Made by a program: the position numbers and the translations under genes. Below, piece by piece: positions 17,778-27,645 of a DNA stretch of 64,000 nucleotides. The first letter of the stretch is position 1; every line of letters begins with the position of its first letter. Location: positions 2,892 to 66,891 of the forward strand of contig OMIX01000089.1 in NCBI GenBank assembly GCA_900299195.1. The letters run 5' to 3'. This DNA comes from Deltaproteobacteria bacterium (GTDB taxonomy: Bacteria > Bdellovibrionota > FAC87 > UBA2466). The notes below the pieces were generated by a model. It was not told the DNA's origin. It was given only the letters and a program-made list of their open reading frames with translations, and ran no database searches.

Positions 17778-19562
17778 ATGAACTCAAAAACACCCTTTTT
17801 GGTCTTTTACATGGGATTAATGACTCTGGCCCCGACTGGAACTTTGATTGCAGACCGCAGCTCTTCTCGCTGGGATAGACTAGAAAAGCAACTTAAAGAA
17901 GATTCCCATGACCCTGATTTCCCACAAAGAGTCAAAGAGCTTTCAGACTTTCTTAAGAAAACCCAGCGCCCTTCCTCGAAACAAAAAAACTCAAAAGATG
18001 CCCAAGATTGCGATTGCGAGCCAGAGTCTCTAAAGTCTCCGTTTCACAACCCAAAAACAGCAGATTTGAAACCTCACAACTCTTTAATTACGAATGCCTG
18101 CTTCGATTGTCACTCTTCCCCCAACAGTGGTTTTAAGCTAACTCCATGGATTGATGATAAACAGGAATGGGAGCGAAGACTCAAATCTACGACTGCAGAG
18201 GAAAAACTTGAAGCGGAGAAATTATTAGGTCAGCTTTATCGAACTTTGGTTGATGGAAACAACATGCCTCCTGCTAGCGAATCCACCCTTCGACAACAAT
18301 TTAAAAAACATCCGAACCATGCAACTTTTGTTTCATTTATCAAAGAAAAATTTGAACAACTGCCGCAAAATGCAGTCAATACTCAAACAAGAAAAGCTGC
18401 TTCCAATCGGGTATCAGTCATGGAAGAAAAACTTGAAAACCACTACCGCAGTCTATTACCGAAAGTATCAAGTCAAACGCTGAACAACTTGTTTTCCGAC
18501 CCTAACCTTATTTTTATGGATGAAACTCACTTGGTGGCTGGTTATCAAGATCCAAGCCCCAAGGCAATGGGAGAAAGAACGACAACTTTAGGTTTTAAGG
18601 GTGCGGGTTTTGCCAAAGATGCACCCTATTTGGATAGCAAGGGACATTTAAAATTATGGACGACAGGGTTTGGAGTGGATCAAAGCCCCAACCTTAAACG
18701 GTTCCACTTTTTACAACTTCCCCAAAATGAAATGGGCGAACTTCAAAAGATCAAGGTCTCAAGCCGAAGATCAGCGTCTCCAGATGACGGTATTGTTTAC
18801 GATTGGAAATTTCCCTTGGGAACCGTTTCTGGAGAAGTGATCGCTAGTGTAGACTCTGAAGGCAAAGAGCATGTTCTGGAAGTTAGATTACGAACGAAAG
18901 ATAATTCAGAAGGCCCCTGGGGTGCAGATATTTTCAGACCTTATCCCACCAAAACTATTTTAATGGATGAACTCCTGAAAATCTCTCAAAGCAATAGTCC
19001 GCTTGCATCCGAAGCGGACAGGGTGATGAAAGAGCTTAAACTTCCAGGAAGATTAACGCCACAAAGCTCCGGAATGCACGGCTACCAGAGAGGCGAACTC
19101 AATTCCGATGGTGGCACAGAAGTCTTGCCTGAAATGTCTGAAGCCTTAACAAAAAGATTACTTCAAGTCCCCTTTCAATCCTCACTCGGATCTGAATGGG
19201 ACAGAAATGAAAAAGTTAAAGCCTTTGGGGCAACTTCCGACCAACCTTTTAGTATCGTGCCTCAAAATAACACTGAGGGAAGTGTGCAAGTGGGGCGTGA
19301 AAGTTGCGGACGCTGTCATAAAAACAGTAACACACCCATCAGAGATTTTTTCAATCCCAACCACCCCAAATATTACTCTTCAATTGTGGCTTATGGAAAT
19401 ACCCCAGGCAGCGATCAGCAATTACGTTTCCACCCGTTTGACCAGGAATTGTTTAAATGGTTTGGAAATGACACCTACGAAAAAAAAATCGGAAAAGCGG
19501 ATAACCGAGAGTTTAATCCAGCACTCAAACCTATTTTGGAAATACTTCCGTCCAAAAAATAG
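17778..19562 (+). CDS. Secreted protein with two CXXCH heme-binding motifs (putative c-type di-heme protein)
   Basis: Signal peptide. CFDCH near residue 110 and CGRCH near residue 510. No other recognized domain. Confidence 0.55.
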   Translation: MNSKTPFLVFYMGLMTLAPTGTLIADRSSSRWDRLEKQLKEDSHDPDFPQRVKELSDFLKKTQRPSSKQKNSKDAQDCDCEPESLKSPFHNPKTADLKPHNSLITNACFDCHSSPNSGFKLTPWIDDKQEWERRLKSTTAEEKLEAEKLLGQLYRTLVDGNNMPPASESTLRQQFKKHPNHATFVSFIKEKFEQLPQNAVNTQTRKAASNRVSVMEEKLENHYRSLLPKVSSQTLNNLFSDPNLIFMDETHLVAGYQDPSPKAMGERTTTLGFKGAGFAKDAPYLDSKGHLKLWTTGFGVDQSPNLKRFHFLQLPQNEMGELQKIKVSSRRSASPDDGIVYDWKFPLGTVSGEVIASVDSEGKEHVLEVRLRTKDNSEGPWGADIFRPYPTKTILMDELLKISQSNSPLASEADRVMKELKLPGRLTPQSSGMHGYQRGELNSDGGTEVLPEMSEALTKRLLQVPFQSSLGSEWDRNEKVKAFGATSDQPFSIVPQNNTEGSVQVGRESCGRCHKNSNTPIRDFFNPNHPKYYSSIVAYGNTPGSDQQLRFHPFDQELFKWFGNDTYEKKIGKADNREFNPALKPILEILPSKK

Positions 19563-19600
19563 CTCAGTGTTTTTTGAGTTCTTTTTTTTAACTCAGGCTT

Positions 19601-20941
19601 TTAAAGTTCTGTAGCTTTTTCAAGCCGTTGAATCCGTTTCAAGAATGCCCCAGCTTGAAAGCGTAGCTTAGGAATCCAATAATAGGGTTTAAATTCTAAA
19701 AATCGTCTCTGATAGATCGATAGATATCTTTGTACTTGTTCTTGCGAATAAGCCAGTCCATTATCGGCATATTTACCCACATAAATCGAAAAGTCAGAAT
19801 TGAGATCTTGAGTCGTCCACTTCCCATTCAGAGTAACTTTCATAAAATTGCCAATTAATAAATCCTCAAAAATTCCAAGCTGAATCGAAAGCATGAGCGA
19901 ATTTCTTGGAACTTCAAAAGTGATTCCTCTTTGAAATTGTCTAGTTTTCCAAGTCACACGATTATCTACACCGCCAACCCGCACATTGATAAAATCTAAA
20001 TAGTTTCCAAGATGTTCAATCCGCTTAAAATACTTTTCGATCTGTTCAAAATCACCCTTGTGAAGGGGCTCATCCCAATCATCCCCAAATTCTTTACAAT
20101 TTCTAATTTTTATCGGCATAGATTCGGGACGAATTTCAATCCAGCTTTCACTATTAAAATCATACCGAATAAACGCCGGTAAAATCTGACTTATTTCTGA
20201 CTGATACCCTTCGTATAGGTCCTGCATCCTCCTGGAGTAATCATTGGCCCAAGCACTATCATTTCTTTGGAACGCATGGAAGGAACTACTAGGAACAAAA
20301 TACCGGGCTCCAAATCGCTCTGCCTTTTTTGCATTTTCGATACCCGCGGGCGGCCGATTCAAATACTCCTTTGGGACAATGAATTGTCCGTTCTCATCAT
20401 AGTAATTAAGCATATCGGCGATACCTAGCGATGAGATCGAGAAAAGAAATGAATTTTGATATTTTTTGCCTAAATTTTTGATGTAATGGTTTCTGCCAAA
20501 ATCAACAGCATCATTGCAGTTAATTAACAAATTATTTTTTACTTCAATAAGTAAAATCGAGTCCTGATACTGGTCTGACCAACATAAAACTCTGACATTC
20601 TCCGAAAGGGAATACCACTTTCTATCTTTGAGAACTGTAACATCATATCCTTCTGCTCTTAGACCAGAAGCAATGCGCCCTCCCACATGGTCTGCTAACA
20701 ATATCTTTCTGTCCTTGAATTTAGGAAGTGAGTCTGGGTTTAAGTGGTCTGGATGCCCATGCGAAAACCAAACATATTTTGCATTTAGGATCGATTCCAT
20801 CTGAACTTGGGGAATTTGGTAGTTACAAATCCAGCTACCAAAATAAGCGTCTGGAGTGATCCAAGGATCGGTCACTAAGATCGGGGCTTCATCGTGAACA
20901 ATGATGGTTGCATTACCAATCGTTTCAAATCCCAGCTTCAT
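19601..20941 (-). CDS. MBL-fold metallo-hydrolase (COG2220-like N-domain) with an uncharacterized C-terminal domain
   Basis: GNATIIVHD...ILVTDPW and HGHPDH metal-binding motif. About 230 additional C-terminal residues without recognizable motifs. Confidence 0.6.
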   Translation of the reverse strand: MKLGFETIGNATIIVHDEAPILVTDPWITPDAYFGSWICNYQIPQVQMESILNAKYVWFSHGHPDHLNPDSLPKFKDRKILLADHVGGRIASGLRAEGYDVTVLKDRKWYSLSENVRVLCWSDQYQDSILLIEVKNNLLINCNDAVDFGRNHYIKNLGKKYQNSFLFSISSLGIADMLNYYDENGQFIVPKEYLNRPPAGIENAKKAERFGARYFVPSSSFHAFQRNDSAWANDYSRRMQDLYEGYQSEISQILPAFIRYDFNSESWIEIRPESMPIKIRNCKEFGDDWDEPLHKGDFEQIEKYFKRIEHLGNYLDFINVRVGGVDNRVTWKTRQFQRGITFEVPRNSLMLSIQLGIFEDLLIGNFMKVTLNGKWTTQDLNSDFSIYVGKYADNGLAYSQEQVQRYLSIYQRRFLEFKPYYWIPKLRFQAGAFLKRIQRLEKATEL

Positions 20942-21013
20942 GAAGCCCCCTCAGAAAGTGAACATGAAACTCTATTATATTAGCTACGTTAGGGGCTCTC
21001 AAGTAGCCATTTC

Positions 21014-22471
21014 TTAAAGGTTCAAATCCTCAACGCGGGACGAGAGACTGCGAAGAAAATCTTCTAACGCAGCTATTTCATGTTCACTCAAATTCAATGG
21101 CTTTAGCGTTTCCTCTCTAAAACCTACTCCAGAATGAGTCTCCATTTTGTTGTAGTGCTCCAGGACTTCCCTTAAAGTCTTCAATCTACCATCTCTCATG
21201 TATGGAGCAGTCTCTGCTACATTTCTTAGAGTCGGGGTTTTGAACGAACCAATCGCCTCTGGAGTTTCACTGTCCAAGAAATTGAGATCCCGACAGCTTT
21301 CGCTTTTTTGTCTTGAAGAATCTTTCAAAAATATTCCTTGGCAATTAAATCGGTCTTTTTTGACGGTCAACACACCTAAACTTCTCCCTAAATCAAACGG
21401 AGCCTGGCTTTGCGGAAGTCCAATATTGTGAAATTGATTGTCTTTAAAGTAGGGACCACTGTGACAAACATGGCAGGCCCCTTTTCCTAAAAAGATTTGA
21501 AACCCTAGAAACTCAGAGAAATTGAATTTCTCACTAAAATGAACTCTGGGGTCCGGATTTGAACTCTGCATCCACCTGCGGATAAATTGATCGAAAGCAG
21601 AATCTCTGGCAACAATGCCCTTTTCAAAGGCTTCAAAAGCCAGTCCAACGTTTGAGAAAACCCTATCTAACTCAAATCTTTGTTCACGATTCATTCTCCA
21701 GTAGTTAACTGATAATACATCTCCTTTTTGTGGAGATTGATTTCTTAATTTCTGGCGGAACTGTCGGATTTGCTGGGGTGAAAGTGTCAATTCATTCGAG
21801 CCGATTTCAGAGAGCAACTTTGGATTATCTGCTGAAACCATCGTATTTCTCACTACCCCATCAGAAAATTGAGGGCGTTCCCGCAAGGGACGCGCTTTAA
21901 AAGGGAGTGCCTTTTCCAATATTTTTGGAAAGGGGCCAAAAAGATTTTCGTAATCACTACGGGAGTTGTTTAAAATCCAGAAAGCTAATTCGGAACGAGT
22001 CAACCCCTGTTCACCCTCATCCTCAATGGGATTCAACGATTGTGCCGCCAACGAATCGGTGCGACCATCCCAGTAAAACCAAAAACTTGAAAAACTATTG
22101 ATGATAGTTGGGGTATTACGATCTCGTTGAGTTAAACCCTGTGCAGTAGTTTTACCATCCGTAAAGGATAGTTCTGGTTTATGACATGTCGCGCACGAAA
22201 TTTTCCCATTCTTGGATAAGCCAGTCTCGAAAAATAATTTTCTACCCCAATGAGCTAGTTCCCGATCTCTAGGGGTCAACTCGGGATCTTGGAAAACAAA
22301 AAACTGAGCCAACTTCCTAAGTTCGTTATCTGCCAATGGCTTGTTACCCATGGCGTCCCTTAACAATCTAGCCTGCTCTTTGGGAATCATGATGTACCGC
22401 CTGATGCCCACCATCCCAAGGACAATCAAAATCCATAAAAATAAAGTCAGCGAAAGTTTTTTAGAAATCAT
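21014..22471 (-). CDS. ccpA: Di-heme cytochrome c peroxidase (CcpA/MauG family)
   Basis: Two CXXCH motifs (CATCH, CHVCH), conserved FHNIGL and PTLRNV-type motifs, signal or anchor at the N-terminus. Confidence 0.88.
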   Translation of the reverse strand: MISKKLSLTLFLWILIVLGMVGIRRYIMIPKEQARLLRDAMGNKPLADNELRKLAQFFVFQDPELTPRDRELAHWGRKLFFETGLSKNGKISCATCHKPELSFTDGKTTAQGLTQRDRNTPTIINSFSSFWFYWDGRTDSLAAQSLNPIEDEGEQGLTRSELAFWILNNSRSDYENLFGPFPKILEKALPFKARPLRERPQFSDGVVRNTMVSADNPKLLSEIGSNELTLSPQQIRQFRQKLRNQSPQKGDVLSVNYWRMNREQRFELDRVFSNVGLAFEAFEKGIVARDSAFDQFIRRWMQSSNPDPRVHFSEKFNFSEFLGFQIFLGKGACHVCHSGPYFKDNQFHNIGLPQSQAPFDLGRSLGVLTVKKDRFNCQGIFLKDSSRQKSESCRDLNFLDSETPEAIGSFKTPTLRNVAETAPYMRDGRLKTLREVLEHYNKMETHSGVGFREETLKPLNLSEHEIAALEDFLRSLSSRVEDLNL

Positions 22472-22887
22472 TTGTTATCAATGTTTAAAGGAGTTTCAAT
22501 TCGAGTGGTCCCTGTTTTATCCTTAATCAAAAACTGCAGTAACCAATTTCCCGGCATGTGAAACCTGACACCCTCCACCCGATACTCCAGCCTCGAAATT
22601 TTAATCACTTTGGCCTTAGTTACCATTCCATGGTTATGCTGGGGCATTCTGGCATCAAAGGTAAAATCGAGCACCTCCCCCGCCTGTTTCTCAATAGGAA
22701 GCAATGAAACTATCCATGTCGTATGCCGATTTAATTGAAATAGTTCAGCACCTTTTTCAGCTGCCTTGATAGATATTTGAAAGTTGGGAGTCCTCCATTC
22801 ATAAGCCAACCCCAGAGACGAAAAAAAACCAAAACTCATTATCCAAAGGCAACTGTAGCGGAAACAATTCAAAGATTTTTTCATCAT
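22468..22887 (-). CDS. Small periplasmic protein, His/Met-rich, translationally coupled to the peroxidase
   Basis: Signal peptide. Its stop overlaps the ccp start (ATGA). MPQHNHGM and FHMPGNW motifs suggest possible metal binding. Confidence 0.5.
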   Translation of the reverse strand: MMKKSLNCFRYSCLWIMSFGFFSSLGLAYEWRTPNFQISIKAAEKGAELFQLNRHTTWIVSLLPIEKQAGEVLDFTFDARMPQHNHGMVTKAKVIKISRLEYRVEGVRFHMPGNWLLQFLIKDKTGTTRIETPLNIDNK

Positions 22888-22919
22888 AGTAATGATAATA
22901 TATCAGTCAGGATCTTAAG

Positions 22920-23978
22920 ATGACAATTCTACAAAAGAACAATTACCTGATTCGGTTTATTTGTTTTATATTCACATCGCTCTTTGCCTCATCAGCCCTT
23001 TCCAGTGATGGGCCTCAAAATAGTGGCCGTCTTCAATTGAAGGCCTCTCAGAACCACCAAGTCGAAGCTATCCTCCAAGTAGATCGGAAAGCGCTTCAAG
23101 AACTTTTTTCAACAGCTAATACAGAAAAAGCGGCTGAGTTTCTGAATTTCTTTTGGGTCAGTTCGCAAGAAGCTATCTGTCCAATGGCCTCCCCGTCTTC
23201 GTTGGCTAATGAAAATACTATCTCAACTACATTTATTCTGAATTGTCCTAAAGCTCCAGAACAACTTAAAATTCAACTCACCCAACTTGAATCACTGCCT
23301 AAGGGGTTCTCCCTAGGAGTAAGAACAAACTTTGAGCATTTTGTTTTGGATATTGATAATACCCAAAAAGAAACTTTTTTAAGTCCTTTTCAAATATTTT
23401 TTCGATCAGGTCTTTCGATATTTAGCTTTTTGGGAGCCCATTCCCAAGGATCACCGTTGGCTCTCTCACAACTTGGACGCCCGTTTCCGCTCTATTTTGG
23501 TGGGCTCAGTATTTTACCAGTGGGAATTTGGTGGCTTTTATTAGTGGCCGCGATTGGTGTATCAAATTTGAAATTTAAGCAAAAAGTATTAGCGGTAGGA
23601 ATGGCTATTTTTTTCTCGGGTTGGGTAGCTTACTTCATTTTGTTTTCTCAAATGTCACTCAGACTTCTTTCTGTTAACCAAATTAGTTTTAGTTACTTGG
23701 CCTGCATTTCCTATCTCACCTTTTTGAGTTTTCGAACCCCAACTGAGCAACAAAAGAAGGGGTGCCTGTTTTTGTTGATCGTACTTTCAATTTTTAGTGG
23801 ATTTGAATTTAGCCTGATGTTGAGATGGCTTGAAGGAAACCGGACAGTTCCTCTGGGAATTTGCATCTCGAGTTTTTTTGCTGGGCTCACACTCAACACC
23901 GCTATTCTCATGACTGCTTTTCTTATTTTAGGGTTTAGTCTTTATTCAGCGATAGCCTTGGCTTTTAAACTCATGTGA
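22920..23978 (+). CDS. Hypothetical membrane protein (N-terminal exported domain, C-terminal multi-TM region)
   Basis: Signal peptide, then 4-5 hydrophobic helices in the C-terminal 150 aa. Confidence 0.5.
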   Translation: MTILQKNNYLIRFICFIFTSLFASSALSSDGPQNSGRLQLKASQNHQVEAILQVDRKALQELFSTANTEKAAEFLNFFWVSSQEAICPMASPSSLANENTISTTFILNCPKAPEQLKIQLTQLESLPKGFSLGVRTNFEHFVLDIDNTQKETFLSPFQIFFRSGLSIFSFLGAHSQGSPLALSQLGRPFPLYFGGLSILPVGIWWLLLVAAIGVSNLKFKQKVLAVGMAIFFSGWVAYFILFSQMSLRLLSVNQISFSYLACISYLTFLSFRTPTEQQKKGCLFLLIVLSIFSGFEFSLMLRWLEGNRTVPLGICISSFFAGLTLNTAILMTAFLILGFSLYSAIALAFKLM

Positions 23979-24057
23979 GCTCAGCCACTGTTTCTTTCTT
24001 TCGACCAGTAATAGGGATTAATACTTGGTTACTTTTGGTTTCAAAATAAAGAAAGTA

Positions 24058-25665
24058 TCAGGGGGTAGTGCTGCTCTTCTTAAAAATTAAGGAACGACTG
24101 CTGTTGTTTTTTATAAAATGATTCCCCTCAAAAGGTAATAAAGGTGATAATAAATTGAACGGACTAAGTCTTAACTCAATGGAATTGGCGGTCTCTCTGT
24201 TGCCAACGAGATAACGGTCTTTTTGATCTAAAAATAGAGCAATTCTTCCCGTATAAAAATCATAACTACCGCCTCGAAAGTCTTTGGCTGGCCAAAAGGA
24301 TTCGGTATGAATCATTCGTCCCACAAAATTCAATGGAGAAAATGGATTTTCCAAGTTGGAAGGTATTTTCTCAGCTGCGACTCCCACGTTAATTAACAAA
24401 TTATCAAAAGTATATGTACCGGAGAGAGACCCCACTGTAATTTTGTCGGTTGGAAGTTGAGGAAGTTTTGATTTCTGAAAGTAAAAAGTTCCCACCCTCC
24501 CAAAAAGTAGTGAATACCAAACCCCCTCGATAAAATCCTCATTAGCATTCGTAATTTCTAAGACCGCATCCATCTCGTTCACTTCAGTTAATGTGGGTTT
24601 GGCTAAGACAAAATGATTTGAATCTTCGGATAAAAAAACGGGGTCGTAGCGGTAAGTGAGAGCTTCTTGAGATTTAAAATCTCCAAAATAAAGTCTAAAC
24701 AAAGTTGAAAGCCCTATGGGTCCACCTTCGGTTTTTGGAGGCACTATAAAAAAATCTAAGTCAGCTGCTTGATACTCATTAAGCAACTCGTGATGAACAT
24801 ACCCTATGTAAGCGCCCTCCAACTTTCGAGGCTCGATAGTTCTTCTTTGGGAATGCTGGGGAAATTCAGAAGCGGTTGCGAAAAGTTGGGTATGAACCGA
24901 TGCATCCTCACTGGAAGTTTTTTTGTACTGACACGAACCACAGGTCATCCCAGATTCATTAATCAGACAATGCTGATTTTCATACCTACCAAAGAGATCT
25001 AGATTTTGGGTGTAGAAATTATAGGCTCCTGAGAAAAACAAGTTACGAACACAGTAATTGGTTTCCGTACATTGATTTGGGTTTTCAACTCCTATCTCGC
25101 CCACAATTTCATAGTCTGAAAAGGGATGGCCCGTTTTAGTCGTTTCTTGAATACTTCGATAAGTATAGAGCTGAAGCTTTTCTTTTTTGCCTGAGCAAAC
25201 TCCTTCATATTCTCCCCAAAGGGCATCTATCAGGGGATATTTCAGAGCCACTTTTCCATCTTTTCTTAAAATAAGTTCAGGGTGATCCGTAGTGAAGCTC
25301 GTTCGCAAAGTTCCTTTGAGCTCTTCTTCAGAAAACTTAGGAAAGGAAACACTAACCTCTTGATTGATTTGGTCAAAGACTAGCCAATCTCCATGAAGAT
25401 GAGCTGTATCAAAGTGAAAAGAAACATACTCCCGGCTTTTTAAATCACCAAAATAGAACTTGAGAAGCCCTAACCAACTGGAAGGCACTTCAGATTGCGG
25501 ATTAGCTACCAAATCCAAAGTGACATATTGGTCCCTCTGAATCGAATGATGACGAAGGACTCCAGTATATCGAAGTGAAGGAAGAGACGCTCCGGGAGAG
25601 GCAATAGTGAGCAACAATCCTAAAATAAATGATAGTTTGAATTGTTTTTGGAACGTCATTCTCAA
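24058..25665 (-). CDS. Hypothetical secreted protein (535 aa)
   Basis: Signal peptide (LLTIASPGASLPS), Cys-containing, no recognized domain. Confidence 0.5.
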   Translation of the reverse strand: MRMTFQKQFKLSFILGLLLTIASPGASLPSLRYTGVLRHHSIQRDQYVTLDLVANPQSEVPSSWLGLLKFYFGDLKSREYVSFHFDTAHLHGDWLVFDQINQEVSVSFPKFSEEELKGTLRTSFTTDHPELILRKDGKVALKYPLIDALWGEYEGVCSGKKEKLQLYTYRSIQETTKTGHPFSDYEIVGEIGVENPNQCTETNYCVRNLFFSGAYNFYTQNLDLFGRYENQHCLINESGMTCGSCQYKKTSSEDASVHTQLFATASEFPQHSQRRTIEPRKLEGAYIGYVHHELLNEYQAADLDFFIVPPKTEGGPIGLSTLFRLYFGDFKSQEALTYRYDPVFLSEDSNHFVLAKPTLTEVNEMDAVLEITNANEDFIEGVWYSLLFGRVGTFYFQKSKLPQLPTDKITVGSLSGTYTFDNLLINVGVAAEKIPSNLENPFSPLNFVGRMIHTESFWPAKDFRGGSYDFYTGRIALFLDQKDRYLVGNRETANSIELRLSPFNLLSPLLPFEGNHFIKNNSSRSLIFKKSSTTP

Positions 25666-25748
25666 GCTCCCAAAGGTCTCGGACAGAGTTCTAAAACATT
25701 TTGGGATTTAGATTCAACTTTAAAAAACTGAATAACAAGTTCTTAAAG

Positions 25749-26123
25749 CTAATGTGAGTTAGCTGCGCCTACACACTTGAGATCGGCTAATTCTCTAGGT
25801 CCTGCAAAAGTGGTTTCAGATAATTTTCCGTTCATATCCACTCCTGGAAGCTCCAGCTTAATCGTTGCAAAAAATCCTGCATCAGCCACACGTTGAGCTG
25901 TTCGACAATTTAAGAAGGCTTTTAACGTGTGGTCGGAGGGTTTGGGATATACAACGTTACATTTCATGTTTCCAAACTCGATATCCTCACCATTCACAGT
26001 AAGTTTAGCAGTTTGATGATTAGAGCTAACCTTGAGGTTCCATTTTCCACCACTGCAAAAAATAGGGGCTCCGAAAGAAAATTGAGATACGACCATGAAT
26101 CCCATTAACAAGTAAGTTTTCAT
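25749..26123 (-). CDS. Small secreted Cys-containing protein
   Basis: Signal peptide (LLMGFMVVSQFSFGA), 6 Cys in the mature part. Confidence 0.45.
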   Translation of the reverse strand: MKTYLLMGFMVVSQFSFGAPIFCSGGKWNLKVSSNHQTAKLTVNGEDIEFGNMKCNVVYPKPSDHTLKAFLNCRTAQRVADAGFFATIKLELPGVDMNGKLSETTFAGPRELADLKCVGAANSH

Positions 26124-26400
26124 AAGTACTCCTTAAAAAAGTTACCCCTTTCTAACAGAAAATAACACATTGCGCAACCTGCGCTTTAAGGAATGCTGAC
26201 CTTCCCCCTTAATTAGTGTCAGTTTATGGCTTTAATTACAGCTTACAAGAGCACCACGGCTACTCTTCAACCTTGGTACTGTGAAGGAAATTTTTTGAGA
26301 GCCTCAGCGTAGGCAGGAGTAAGTCGTAAAAAATAATGTCCATTAATATTTTGCACTTCGCCCTACTCCAATGCTCAACATGACAAATTGTTTTTTGTAA

Positions 26401-27645
26401 TCAGTGCTGCGCTGAATGTTCTGTAGCGAGTCTAGCAAAAGATTTCAAACAACGTCGGCTGCCCAAATTAAAGACAAGACTTTCATCCCGAGTTGGCTCC
26501 CCACTGACAAATTCATTAAGATTCTCTTTGTCGAGTAAGCCGGTATTTTGATAAGCCTTGCCGAAGGTCTCGGGAAATGCTTTAGCCACGGCATGAACTC
26601 GTTTGACGGGATCTACTTTAAAAGCACTTTCTAAAAACCGTTCCTTTTCCTTATCCAACTCCGTAGTTGGCGGAAGGAGCTCCCTGAGTTTGGAATTGAC
26701 GAAAGATTCGAAGTCGGTTGCTGCCCGCTTGTTCGAAAGTAATAGCCGAGTGCCCCTTGAGAATAAATCATTAGAATCGACTGAAGAGTTTTTAAATTGA
26801 ATCTGGAAATACATTAACAATAGCGGTTTTCTAAAAAGTTCATGACTGATGGATTGCGCCTGTGAAAACAAATCCTCTGAAGGAACATTTGAGAGCCTTT
26901 GTTGGTAATGTAAACGCTCCGGTGCTGCATAGGACGGAGTAAACATGATGACCTTGGATGTTCCAGTCTCAGAGACACTATCAAGATCCCCAAGCCTTGC
27001 TTGGGCACCCATTATGTTATTACTTTTTAAAAGAAAGTAATTGGAAGGCTTAATGTCTCCATGAACAAGATTATTTGAGTGAAGCGCAAGAAGAGCCCCT
27101 TGACCAGCAAGAAATAAAAGATCAGAACGAATAATTCTTTGGTCTTCAGATAGCCTTTCTGGTTTTTTTGTCTCAAAGGTTCCTTTGGCAAGTGTGGAAC
27201 GGACGACGAATTCAGAACCTTCATATGCGTGCTGCTTCAACCACACTTCTTGAGTGGGTTCATAATTCAGAAAGAAACTCGGATTTGAATCCATTAACTT
27301 GCGATGTTGCGGGCTTCCGTAAAACTGTAAGCTATCTTTACCAGACAGTATTAAGTTGTTCTTTTGATCGCGTATCGGCCTGGCGAATTTCATCGCTTGG
27401 ATCTGTTTGGATCGAGCGCATCCCGAAAGGCACTCCACCTGGTAAACCTCGCCGGAACTACCCTTTCCTAGTATCTTAATAATTTTATACTCGCGATTAT
27501 CTTTATCCACCCAAACTTCCCCGGGTTGGACGGCGTGAATAGTTTTGTAGCACCCAACGAGAAAAAAGAATGTTAAAATAATCCCGAAGCCGAACTCTCG
27601 ACCTTTTTCTAGCGACCGTGCAGTCTTGTGGAGCTCAGGGCGCAT
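26401..27645 (-). CDS. Hanks-type (eukaryotic-like) Ser/Thr protein kinase with an N-terminal lipoprotein-type signal
   Basis: GKGSSGEV (G-loop), AMKFA (VAIK Lys), HGDIKPSN (catalytic loop, non-RD), DLD (DFG-like), SYAAPE (APE). N-terminus has an n-region plus h-region ending in lipobox LVGC. Confidence 0.75.
   Translation of the reverse strand: MRPELHKTARSLEKGREFGFGIILTFFFLVGCYKTIHAVQPGEVWVDKDNREYKIIKILGKGSSGEVYQVECLSGCARSKQIQAMKFARPIRDQKNNLILSGKDSLQFYGSPQHRKLMDSNPSFFLNYEPTQEVWLKQHAYEGSEFVVRSTLAKGTFETKKPERLSEDQRIIRSDLLFLAGQGALLALHSNNLVHGDIKPSNYFLLKSNNIMGAQARLGDLDSVSETGTSKVIMFTPSYAAPERLHYQQRLSNVPSEDLFSQAQSISHELFRKPLLLMYFQIQFKNSSVDSNDLFSRGTRLLLSNKRAATDFESFVNSKLRELLPPTTELDKEKERFLESAFKVDPVKRVHAVAKAFPETFGKAYQNTGLLDKENLNEFVSGEPTRDESLVFNLGSRRCLKSFARLATEHSAQH

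Noticed and set aside
22468-22887. Assignment of the small periplasmic protein as a PCuAC/CopC copper chaperone or cupredoxin.
   Set aside because: The His/Met motifs are suggestive, but their spacing does not match the PCuAC H(M)X10MX21HXM pattern and no cupredoxin Cys/His ligand set is evident. Left as hypothetical.
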